Assembly: GCA_965203905.1 (NCBI GenBank)
Contig: CBDBDQ010000005.1
Location: 2,176,001-2,240,000, forward strand
Source of the DNA: Spirochaetia bacterium
GTDB taxonomy: Bacteria > Spirochaetota > Spirochaetia > SZUA-6 > Bin103
Length of the DNA stretch: 64,000 nt
Direction: 5' to 3'
Shown: positions 1-9,341 of the stretch, piece by piece
Position numbering within the stretch: position 1 is the stretch's first letter
Layout of the letters: every line of letters starts with the position of its first letter
The notes under the pieces: model-generated
Database searches by the model: none
What the model was told of the DNA's origin: nothing
Seen by the model: only the letters and a program-made list of their open reading frames with translations
Made by a program: the position numbers and the translations under genes

Positions 1-332
1 GCCTGGCGGTGGGCGCGTCCGGCGGACGCCGTATCACCAACTGCGTCACCAACCTGGTGGTGAAGATGCTCGACTTCGGGCTCGGCCCGCAGCAGGCGAT
101 CGACGCGCCGCGGCTGGACTGCAGCACGCCGCTGACCGCCGTCGACGGACGCGTCCCGACCGCGGTGATCGAGGAGCTGCACGACCGCCGCCACCACGTG
201 GCCGCGATCGATCCGCGCTATACCACAGAGGGCATGAGTCCGTTCGCCAGCCCGGTCGCCATCGCGCGCGACGGCGCCACCCTGCGCGGCGGCGCCGACA
301 CCTTTCACAGCGCGCATGCCGGGGGCCTCTGA
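1..332 (+). CDS. Gamma-glutamyltransferase family protein, C-terminal part (5' partial)
   Basis: GASGGRRI...QQAIDAPR...LRGGAD matches GGT small-subunit motifs; ORF is open at the window edge. Confidence 0.8.
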   Translation, partial: LAVGASGGRRITNCVTNLVVKMLDFGLGPQQAIDAPRLDCSTPLTAVDGRVPTAVIEELHDRRHHVAAIDPRYTTEGMSPFASPVAIARDGATLRGGADTFHSAHAGGL

Positions 333-1878
333 GACGGTGGCAGGCCAGTCGATCACCCGCACCGAGGAGCAGATCGCGCAAGCCGCCGCGCTGCGGGCGC
401 ACTTGGCCGGCGACCGCCACCGGCCCCGCTACCACTTCATGCCGTCGGCGGCGTGGATGAACGACCTCAACGGCACCCTGTACTGGCGCGGCCGCTATCA
501 CATCTTCTACCAGTTCAACCCGCACGGCGCGTACTGGCACCGCATCCAGTGGGGACACGCCTCCAGCGTCGACCTGGTGCACTGGGTGCATCACCCGGTG
601 GCGCTGGTGCCGGATCCGGCCGGGCCGGACCGCGTCGGCTGCTTCAGTGGCGGCGCCCTGGTCAGCAGGGAGGGGGTGCCGACCTTCATCTACTACGGCA
701 ACCCGGACGGCATCTGCCTGGCCTCCAGCGACGACGACCTGCTGCTCCGCTGGACCCGGCATCCCGACAACCCGGTGATCCCGCAGCCGCGCGAGGGGGA
801 TGCCGATTTCGGCCGCTACGAGGTGCACGACCCCTGCGGCTGGCTGGCCGGCGACACCTACTACGCGGCGGTCAACCGGCGCCATCCGAACGGCGACGGC
901 GACGCCGCGTTCCTGTTCAAGTCGCGGGACCTGCGCCGCTGGCAGTTCGTGGACCGCTTCTACCGGTCGCGGCGCGAGTGGACCGAGGCGGACGAGGATT
1001 GCGCGGTCCCGGATTTCTTTCCGCTGGGCGACCGCCACATGCTGTTGCTCTGCAGCCACCTGCAGGGCACCCAGTACTACCTCGGCGAGCTGCGCGGCGA
1101 ACGGTTCCATCCCGAGATCCACGGCCGCATGAGCTGGGAGGGAGGGCAGTTGGGCGGCGCGCGTACGCTGCTCGATGCCTCCGGGCGGCGCATCTTCTTC
1201 GACTGGGTACGCGAGATCCGCGGTGCGGAGCGGGAGCGAGCGGCCGGCTGGTCGGGGGTGATGACACTGCCGCGGACCCTGGGGCTGGCCGTCGACGGCA
1301 CCCTGACCATCGCGCCGGTGCCCGAGGTGGAGAAGCTGCGCTACCGCCACCGGTGCCGGCAGCAACTCGCGGTGGAGGACGGGGCCGAGCCGGTGGTGGC
1401 CGGGATCGCCGGCGACACCATGGAGCTGGCACTTGAGATCGAACCGCGGGCGGCGTCAGAGGTGGGCGTCGCGGTGCGCTGCGCTCCCGACGGCGCGGAG
1501 CAGACGCCGGTGGTGTACGACGCTCGCAGCGGGGTGATTCGGGTCGACTTGAGCCGCTCGTCGCTGGATCCTGAAATCGTCTATCACCGCTACCGGCCGA
1601 GCAGCAACGGGCAGGTACTGCTGGCCACGCTGCCGGAGAGCGAACGCACGGTTACCGCCCAGGAGGCGCCGTTCACCCTGGCCGCGGGTGAGCCCCTGGA
1701 GCTGCGCCTGTTCCTGGACCGCTCGCTGCTGGAGGTGTACGTCAACGGCCGCCAGTGCGTGACCCAGCGCATCTACCCGACGCGGGAAGATGCCACCGAG
1801 GTGCGGCTGCTGGCGCGCGGCGGGGCGGTGACGGTGCGCCGCCTCGATGCCTGGGACCTGGCACCGACTCACGTTTGA
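316..1878 (+). CDS. Glycoside hydrolase family 32 protein (beta-fructofuranosidase-like, variant active site)
   Basis: HRPRYHF, WMNDLNG, YHIFYQ, WGHASSVDLVHW, CFSGGA, C-terminal LRLFLDRSLLEVYVNG beta-sandwich. Confidence 0.9.
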   Translation: MPGASETVAGQSITRTEEQIAQAAALRAHLAGDRHRPRYHFMPSAAWMNDLNGTLYWRGRYHIFYQFNPHGAYWHRIQWGHASSVDLVHWVHHPVALVPDPAGPDRVGCFSGGALVSREGVPTFIYYGNPDGICLASSDDDLLLRWTRHPDNPVIPQPREGDADFGRYEVHDPCGWLAGDTYYAAVNRRHPNGDGDAAFLFKSRDLRRWQFVDRFYRSRREWTEADEDCAVPDFFPLGDRHMLLLCSHLQGTQYYLGELRGERFHPEIHGRMSWEGGQLGGARTLLDASGRRIFFDWVREIRGAERERAAGWSGVMTLPRTLGLAVDGTLTIAPVPEVEKLRYRHRCRQQLAVEDGAEPVVAGIAGDTMELALEIEPRAASEVGVAVRCAPDGAEQTPVVYDARSGVIRVDLSRSSLDPEIVYHRYRPSSNGQVLLATLPESERTVTAQEAPFTLAAGEPLELRLFLDRSLLEVYVNGRQCVTQRIYPTREDATEVRLLARGGAVTVRRLDAWDLAPTHV

Positions 1879-1887
1879 GGAACGCAG

Positions 1888-2523
1888 ATGCAACTGTTGA
1901 TTACCGGACCGGCGGACGCCCGCCACACGCTCGTGCTGGCCCACGGCGCGGGGCAGCCGATGGACGGGGACGCCATGGAGCTGCTGGCCGGCGGCCTGGC
2001 GCAGGCCGGCGTCCGCGTCGTGCGCTTCGAGTTTCCGTACATGCAGCGGCGCCGCGCCACCGGCCGCGGCGGCGGGCCCGACCGCCAGGCGGTGCTGGAG
2101 GAGAGCTGGCGCGCGGTGATCGCGCGGGTGGCGAGCGACCACTGCGACTGCGCCGCGGGGCGGGTGGCGATCGGCGGCCGCTCGATGGGGGGCCGCATCG
2201 CCAGCCTGGTGGCGGACGAGTGCGGAGCGGGCGCCCTGGTGTGCTACGCCTACCCGTTCCATCCTCCCGGCCGCCCCGAAAAGCTCCGCACCGCCCACCT
2301 GGCAGAGCTGCGCACGCCCACCCTGATCCTGCAGGGCGAGCGCGACCCCTTCGGCAAACCGGAGGAGGTAGCCGGGTACCGCCTTTCGCCGGCGGTGACG
2401 GTGCACTGGATCGGCGACGGCGACCACGGCTTCAAGCCGCGCAAGCGCTCGGGCCGCACCCTGGAGCAGAACACCGCCGCGGCGGTCGCCCGCACCGTCA
2501 CCTTCCTCGGCGCCACGCCCTGA
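1888..2523 (+). CDS. Alpha/beta hydrolase family protein
   Basis: LAHGAG, GGRSMGG nucleophile elbow, QGERDPFG, GDHGF. Confidence 0.85.
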   Translation: MQLLITGPADARHTLVLAHGAGQPMDGDAMELLAGGLAQAGVRVVRFEFPYMQRRRATGRGGGPDRQAVLEESWRAVIARVASDHCDCAAGRVAIGGRSMGGRIASLVADECGAGALVCYAYPFHPPGRPEKLRTAHLAELRTPTLILQGERDPFGKPEEVAGYRLSPAVTVHWIGDGDHGFKPRKRSGRTLEQNTAAAVARTVTFLGATP

Positions 2524-2540
2524 GGAGTCGTCAAGGCATT

Positions 2541-2601
2541 ACTTGTCTAGTCGTGACTTGTCTTAGTACGACTTGATAAAATCGCATAGTCGCGATATCC
2601 T
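2541..2601 (+). promoter_or_regulatory. Putative operator (ACTTG repeated at 2541, 2556, 2571) and -10 TATCCT upstream of the ATPase gene
   Basis: ACTTGTCTAGTCGTG/ACTTGTCTTAGTACG/ACTTGATA with exact 15-bp period; TATCCT at 2596-2601, 6 nt before the GTG start. Confidence 0.5.
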
Positions 2602-2607
2602 GCCGTT

Positions 2608-4008
2608 GTGGAGCAGTTTGTCGGGCGCGACGCCGAGCTGGGTCTGTTGCAAGGGGCCTTCAGGTCGCGCAGATCGGAGTTCATTCCGATCTACGGGCGG
2701 CGTCGGGTGGGCAAGAGCGAGCTGATTCTCAAGTTCATGGCGCGCAAGCGCGGCGTCTACTACCTGGGCCAGCAGTCGTCGACGGCGTTGCAGGTGCGGG
2801 AGTTTCTGGCCGAGGCCGCCCGCGCGCTCGGCATGCCATTGCTCGCGGAGTTGCGCGTAGCCGGCTGGCAGCAGGCGCTGCGCACCGTGACCGAGCAATG
2901 GGCCGGCGCCAGTCCGGGGACCAAGCTGGTGCTGGCCCTCGACGAGTTTCAGTGGATCGCCGCCGCCAGCCCGAGCCTGATCTCGGAGTTGCAGCACTGC
3001 TGGGACCGGTGGTGGCGCGATGCCGGCAACGTGATGCTCCTGGTGTGCGGTTCGTACCTGGGATTCATGGAACGGGAGGTGCTGGGTCGCAAGAGTCCGC
3101 TGTTCGGCCGGCGCACCGCACAGATCCATCTGCAACCGTTCGGCTACCGGGATGCGGCCCTCTTCCATCCGCGCTGGTCGCCGGCGGACCAGGCCCGGGC
3201 CTACTTCCTGGTCGGCGGCGTGCCGCAATACCTGCTGTGCCTGGACGACAGCCGTTCCATCGCCGCCAACATCCGGGGACAACTGCTTGCGGAGTTCGCG
3301 CCCCTGTTCCACGAACCTGCCTTTCTACTGCGCGAGGAGTTGCGGGAAATCGCCCCCTACCAAGCCGTTCTTCATGCCGTCGCCTCCGGCCACGGCGCCG
3401 CGCCGGCCATTGCCGCGGCCACCGGGCTGCCGGAGCGCAGCCTGCACTACTACCTCCAGCAGCTCACCGGTCTCGGCTACCTGCGGCGCCGCTATCCTCT
3501 CGAACGCCGGCGCCCGAATCCACGCCAGGTGCGCTTCGGAATCGACGATCCGCTGCTGCGGTTCTGGTTCCGCTTCGTGTTCCCCAACGTGAGCGTGATC
3601 CGTGGCGGCGGCCCGGCGCGTGCGTTTCGCGACCGCATCGCGCCGTCACTCGAAGCGTGGTTCGGGAGCTGTTTCGAACGGCTCTGTCGCGAGGCGTTGC
3701 CCTCCATCTACCAGAACGAAGGGGTTGGCGCCGGATTCGAGGTCGGCGAGTTCTGGAGCCGGACGACGCAGATCGACGTGGTAGGCATGCGCGACGACAA
3801 CTGGACCGACCTCGGCGAGTGCAAATGGGGCCCGGTGCGGTCGCCGCGCGCCTTGGAAACGGCACTGGAGCACAAGCTGCAGCAGTACCCCAACAGCCGC
3901 GGCGCAACTCTGGGCCGCCGCTACTTCACCCGCCGCAAGCCGGCAGCGAGGCGGGGAACGGACGGCTGGTATTCGCTTGAGGATCTGTATGCTCTGGCGC
4001 CCTCGTAG
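2608..4008 (+). CDS. Archaeal-type P-loop ATPase with wHTH and C-terminal PD-(D/E)XK (DUF234-like) domain
   Basis: FVGRDAEL, YGRRRVGKS Walker A, LALDEFQ Walker B, DPLLRFWFRF, QIDVV...LGECKW. Confidence 0.88.
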   Translation: MEQFVGRDAELGLLQGAFRSRRSEFIPIYGRRRVGKSELILKFMARKRGVYYLGQQSSTALQVREFLAEAARALGMPLLAELRVAGWQQALRTVTEQWAGASPGTKLVLALDEFQWIAAASPSLISELQHCWDRWWRDAGNVMLLVCGSYLGFMEREVLGRKSPLFGRRTAQIHLQPFGYRDAALFHPRWSPADQARAYFLVGGVPQYLLCLDDSRSIAANIRGQLLAEFAPLFHEPAFLLREELREIAPYQAVLHAVASGHGAAPAIAAATGLPERSLHYYLQQLTGLGYLRRRYPLERRRPNPRQVRFGIDDPLLRFWFRFVFPNVSVIRGGGPARAFRDRIAPSLEAWFGSCFERLCREALPSIYQNEGVGAGFEVGEFWSRTTQIDVVGMRDDNWTDLGECKWGPVRSPRALETALEHKLQQYPNSRGATLGRRYFTRRKPAARRGTDGWYSLEDLYALAPS

Positions 4009-4202
4009 CTCTTACGTGACTTGGTGCGACTGCTTGGTGACAAGGTGCTTGTCGATCCTGCTGACGACCACCGCCACGACAAGCTGGAGGCCCTGCGGGT
4101 CCGGCTGGTGAACTGGAACGGTGGCTGAATCTGGACTAGTGCCCCGGCGGTGTCGCGTAGCGTTTCCGGCATCGCCGCTTACCGGAATTGGAACAAGCGG
4201 AC

Positions 4203-4280
4203 AAGTGAGATAAATTGCATAAGCCCAGGTTTGCAAGCCAATGTCGGTTGCTTCCAGAATACTACCTTTCCTTAGTAATA
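4203..4280 (-). mobile_element. IS1595-family transposase remnant
   Basis: Translation LRKGSILEATDIGLQTWAYAIYLT resembles the GT-x-x-E...W-x-x-AIYL segment after the IS1595 zinc ribbon; located at the edge of a low-GC islet. Confidence 0.5.
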
Positions 4281-4340
4281 TATGATAGACTATTTCCATG
4301 AATGATGAAGGTGCCGTTCGTGGTGAAGGTTCACCGATAG

Positions 4341-5155
4341 TTGCTTATGTATCTCTTTGGCGAAGCGACCGGAATAACGCAGAAGCCCCCGGAGTGTTTT
4401 GTGGCCATGTGGTTTGGTTCTGATCGTGAATCAAAAGATGCAATGGACCAGTTGTATGAGCTGGTAATAAAACCTGCTATCGAAGAACAAAAGCTGTCTC
4501 CTTATCAGGTCGGAAAGGATCGTGCAGCCGACAAACTTGACGACGAAATATTGGAGGCAATAGATAGATCTGTTTTGGTTGTTGTAGATTTAACCCACGA
4601 CCCTCAAACGGGTTTTCGAGGAAGTGTAATATTTGAGGCTGGATACGCATACAGGAAGAAGCCAGTCATTTGGATGTGTCGCGATGATCTTGCAGATTCA
4701 ACATCATTCGATATTAGACAGTTTCGTCAGATAAGATGGTAAGATGGAGCCCAAATAGACTAACCGAGGCAAAGAATGAGCTGGCCGCCGAAATTGGGAA
4801 ACGTCTCCTTGAGTATCGGAGAAACAAAGCAGATCATGAAATTGCGCGTTTAGCGACCGATAGTTGGAATACAATTCTAAAATGCGAAGATGTTCGGTCG
4901 CCGAAAAAGGGTGTCATTTTGGCGTACCAGTCACGGTTAGTGATTCTAGAAGGGTTCTGTGATGATTTGGAGACTCGTGTTAAGTACAAAGACATGGAAT
5001 TGTCTCAAAATGAAAAATATGAGCTAATGGAAATGATCCGTCAATTCAGACTTTTCATGATGTTGGTCAGAGGTGACGACCAGGTTTTTGGAACAATAGA
5101 GCAATTTGAGAAGCTCGTATATTCGAGATTGCGCACTGGCGGGTGGATTAGTTGA
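4341..5155 (+). pseudogene. Nucleoside 2-deoxyribosyltransferase/TIR-like effector split by an 8-bp duplication
   Basis: CFVAMWF...IKPAIEE...EILEAIDRS..VVVDLT...SVIFEAGYA...FDIRQ; removing one TAAGATGG copy (4732-4747) joins ORFs 4341-4742 and 4736-5155. Confidence 0.7.
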
Positions 5156-5372
5156 GGCTTTCGACTCAGGCGTTTACCATCGCCGAAAAGCAAGAATCTA
5201 TTGATACTACTTTTGTCCGATCCTACTTCAAACATTTCACTGATTCTTGCCCACCCTAGAGTTTCTTTCCCACCGCAATGCCCTTCCGAGCCTTTGTAAA
5301 ACAAGGGTCATGGTTTTTTGAAGGGATTTTTTGCACTTAGAGATTTCGCCGGTTCGACGGTTCAGATTGTCT

Positions 5373-5410
5373 TTGACTTCGCCGCGCAGAGTTTTTATAT
5401 TTGGTACAAT
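5373..5410 (+). promoter_or_regulatory. Sigma70-like promoter
   Basis: TTGACT-N17-TATATT (5373-5401) and adjacent extended -10 TGGTACAAT (5402-5410). Confidence 0.55.
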
Positions 5411-5525
5411 GAACACAAAAACTTACGGTTTTATGCAGCCTCCCTATATACAGATTTTTCCGTTCATCTCGTTCATTTCAATGACGGGCACGTTTGTCGC
5501 GCTCCGTCAAAAAGGAGATGCGAAG

Positions 5526-5597
5526 ATGATTACAGAAATCACCCTGTTATTAGCAGTAGCTTGTCTGTTAATTATCGTGCGTAGACACGATTGGTAG
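5526..5597 (+). CDS. 23-aa hydrophobic peptide, candidate type I toxin or small membrane protein
   Basis: MITEITLLLAVACLLIIVRRHDW; SD AAAGGAGA 7 nt upstream; upstream promoter and a weak hairpin with T-run downstream. Confidence 0.5.
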   Translation: MITEITLLLAVACLLIIVRRHDW

Positions 5598-5691
5598 AAA
5601 TGACCTGTGCAAGGGAGGCGGGTTTTTCTTGTTCTACTACACTCTTGAGACGAGTTCTGTAGCTAGTGGCGGGCTTGGCGGCCATGCTCCC

Positions 5692-6984
5692 TCAGTCCGC
5701 GAGCAGGGGCATCACTTCGCCCATGGCCGCCAGGGTGCGGTCCAGGTCCTCGTCGGTGTGGGCGGTGGACAGGTAGATCTTCTCGTACGGGCTGATGAAG
5801 AAGCCGCGCCGGATCATCTCGATGCCGAAGCGATACGCCTTGGCGCGGTCGGCGTAGAGCATCGACTGGTAGTTCTCGATGGCGCTGTCGGTGGTGAAGA
5901 GGACCTGCAGCACCGGGCCGTCGCCGCCCACCAGCAGCGGAATCGACAACTCCCGCCCCAGCCGCTCGATGCCCTGGCGCAGGCGGTCGGCCAGGGCGTC
6001 CAGCCGCTCGTAGGTTCCCGGTCTGGCCAGCTCCTCCAGGGTAGCCAGCCCGGCGGCCGCGCACAGCGGGTTGCCGTTGAAGGTGCCGGAGACGATGGTG
6101 CGCAGTGGGTCGGCGGGGTCGCGCCACGGGTTCACGGTGTCCAGCACGTCACCGCGGCCGCAGATCGCCGCCGCCGGATAGCCTCCCGAGATGGTCTTGC
6201 CGTAGGTGGCCAGGTCGGGGATCACGCCGTAGCGTTCCTGCGCCCCGCCCCAGGCGATGCGGAAGCCGGTGACCACCTCGTCGAAGATCAGGATGCTGCC
6301 GCTCTGCGCGGTCGACTCGCGCACCGTGCGCAGGAACTCCGACCGCGGCCGGATGCAGCGCTGCAGCGGCTCCACGCACACCGCGGCCAGTTCGGCGCCG
6401 TGGCGCTCGATGATCTGCGCCGCCATGGCCGCGTCGTTGAACGGTGCCACCAGGATGTCGTCGGCGAGGGTGGCGGGGAGCCCGGCGCTGTCCGCGGTGA
6501 CGCGCGGGTAGGCGCTGGGGCGCGGCGGCCGGGCGCCGTGCAGGCCGAAGTCGCTGACGCCGTGCCAGCCGCCCTCGAAGCGCAGCACCTTGCGGCGGCC
6601 GGTGAAGGCGCGCGCCATGCGCACCGCGAACGCGACCGCATCCGAGCCGGTGCCGACGAAGCGGATCTGGTCGCCGCAGGGAGCGGCGTCGACGATCCGC
6701 TCGCCCAGTGAGATGGTCGGCTCCGAGAGGGAGAAGAAGGTGGTGCCGCGCTGCACCTGCGCGCCCACCGCGGCCACCACCGCCGGATGGCAGTGCCCCA
6801 GGATCATCGGCCCGCTGCCGAGCAGGTAGTCGATGTACTCGCTGCCGTCGACCGTGTACAGCTTGCTGCCGGCCCCGCGTTCGAACACCACCGCCACGTC
6901 GTCGGGCAGGTGGAACTCGCCGAGGGTGCCGCCGACGAAGATGCGCTGCGCGCGGCGCAGCAGCTCGCGTTGGGTATCGCTCAT
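5692..6984 (-). CDS. Class III PLP aminotransferase (glutamate-1-semialdehyde aminomutase-like)
   Basis: YIDYLLGSGPMILGH, FEGGWHG, LIFDEVVTGFR, DLATYGKTISGG, SGTFNGNP. Confidence 0.88.
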   Translation of the reverse strand: MSDTQRELLRRAQRIFVGGTLGEFHLPDDVAVVFERGAGSKLYTVDGSEYIDYLLGSGPMILGHCHPAVVAAVGAQVQRGTTFFSLSEPTISLGERIVDAAPCGDQIRFVGTGSDAVAFAVRMARAFTGRRKVLRFEGGWHGVSDFGLHGARPPRPSAYPRVTADSAGLPATLADDILVAPFNDAAMAAQIIERHGAELAAVCVEPLQRCIRPRSEFLRTVRESTAQSGSILIFDEVVTGFRIAWGGAQERYGVIPDLATYGKTISGGYPAAAICGRGDVLDTVNPWRDPADPLRTIVSGTFNGNPLCAAAGLATLEELARPGTYERLDALADRLRQGIERLGRELSIPLLVGGDGPVLQVLFTTDSAIENYQSMLYADRAKAYRFGIEMIRRGFFISPYEKIYLSTAHTDEDLDRTLAAMGEVMPLLAD

Positions 6985-7466
6985 GTGGCTTCTCCGGCGC
7001 GCTGCACCCAGCGGCGCAGGCGCTCCTGGTTGTGTTCGATGAGGCGCCGTTGATCGGGCCACAACATGGCCGGCAGGGCGCCGGGAGGGCACCACAGCGC
7101 CGGCTGCGGGTGGGCCGCACGATCCTGCGGCGTCGCCGCCCGCTCGGCGGTGAGGTAGGCGAAGACGTGGGTGACCGTCCAGTACGCGCGGTCGAAGGTG
7201 AGCCGCTCCAGCACGCCCAGCTTGCCCAGGAGCGTCAGGCCGGTGAGCCCGGTCTCCTCCGCGATCTCGCGCCGCGCCGCCGCCTCCGCGGTCTCACCCG
7301 GCTCCACCCCGCCCTTGGGGATCACGCAACTCGGCCAGTCTCCCTCGCGTGCCAGGGCCACCAGCAATCGTTCGTCCTGTACGGAGCACACCAGGCCGCC
7401 GGCGGTGAGCCGTTGCGGGGTGTGGGGCGGCCGCCGGTACCAGCTCTCGTCGATCACCGTCTCCAC
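6981..7466 (-). CDS. NUDIX hydrolase
   Basis: Nudix box GGVEPGETAEAAARREIAEETGL; GTG start chosen 7 nt after a TATGCT -10. Confidence 0.85.
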   Translation of the reverse strand: METVIDESWYRRPPHTPQRLTAGGLVCSVQDERLLVALAREGDWPSCVIPKGGVEPGETAEAAARREIAEETGLTGLTLLGKLGVLERLTFDRAYWTVTHVFAYLTAERAATPQDRAAHPQPALWCPPGALPAMLWPDQRRLIEHNQERLRRWVQRAGEAT

Positions 7467-7665
7467 GGCGACCAGCATAACGGCCCCCGCCGCGCAACGC
7501 CACCTGAGGCCGCCATGCGGTGCGGATCGTGGGTCCGGGTTCCAGGTGCGCCCGCTGCGGCCGATGCTATGGGTATGGGCGGGTATAGGTATATTCACTC
7601 CGGCGGGGGTTTGTGGTACATCAATACAATAGCGTGACTGCCGTCGCGGTCGCGCACACTATCCC

Positions 7666-8633
<968 letters not shown>

Positions 8634-8637
<4 letters not shown>

Positions 8638-9341
8638 GTCCGGCATTCTTCCGCGTGGTGACGCGCGAGCTGCGCGCCGCGTTCGGCTCGCCGGTGGCGT
8701 ACATCGTCATCGTCATCTTCCTCACCGTCACCGGCTGGTTCTTCTTCACGCCGTTCTTCCTCAACGGCCGCGCCGACCTGCGCGAGTTCTTCCGCCTGCT
8801 GCCGATGACGCTCGGCCTGGTGGTGCCGGCGGTGACCATGCGGGTGTTTTCGGAAGAATTCAGCACCGGTTCGTACGAGGTGCTCACCACCCTGCCGATG
8901 ACCCGCTTCGACGTGCTGCTGGGCAAATTCACCGGCAGCCTGCTGTTCATCCTGCTGATGCTGGTGCCCACGCTGGCGTATCCGATCATCGTCGCGACCC
9001 TCGGCGACCTGGATGCCGGCCCGGTGGTGGGCGGCTACGTCGGCGCGGTGCTGCTGGCGGCCCTCTACTGCTCGGTCGGCCTGTTCGCCTCGGCGCTCAC
9101 CAAGAACCAGATCGTGGCGTTCATCATCGGCCTGGCGCTGTGCGCCTTCCTGGTGCTGATCGACAAGGTGCTGTTCTTCATCCCCGCCGGCCTCACCGGC
9201 GTCTTGCAGTACCTGGGCGCCGACTTCCACTTCCGCAACGTCGCCAAGGGGGTGCTCGATTCGCGTGACGTGGTGTACTTCGTGAGCGCCGCCTTCGTGG
9301 CGCTGTACGCCACCAACCTGGTGGTGGAGAAGCGCATATGA
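8634..9341 (+). CDS. ABC-2 permease (GldF-like)
   Basis: SPVAY, TMRVFSEE..GSYEVL.TLP, LGKF, SALTKNQIVAF; multiple TM segments; overlaps neighbours by ATGA. Confidence 0.88.

Noticed and set aside
4012-4299. 95-aa minus-strand ORF as a real gene
   Set aside because: It spans an islet junction; only the central IS1595-like segment looks coding
5692-6984. Assignment as hemL
   Set aside because: GSA-aminomutase-like, but the divergent N-terminus and catabolic context do not support a specific symbol
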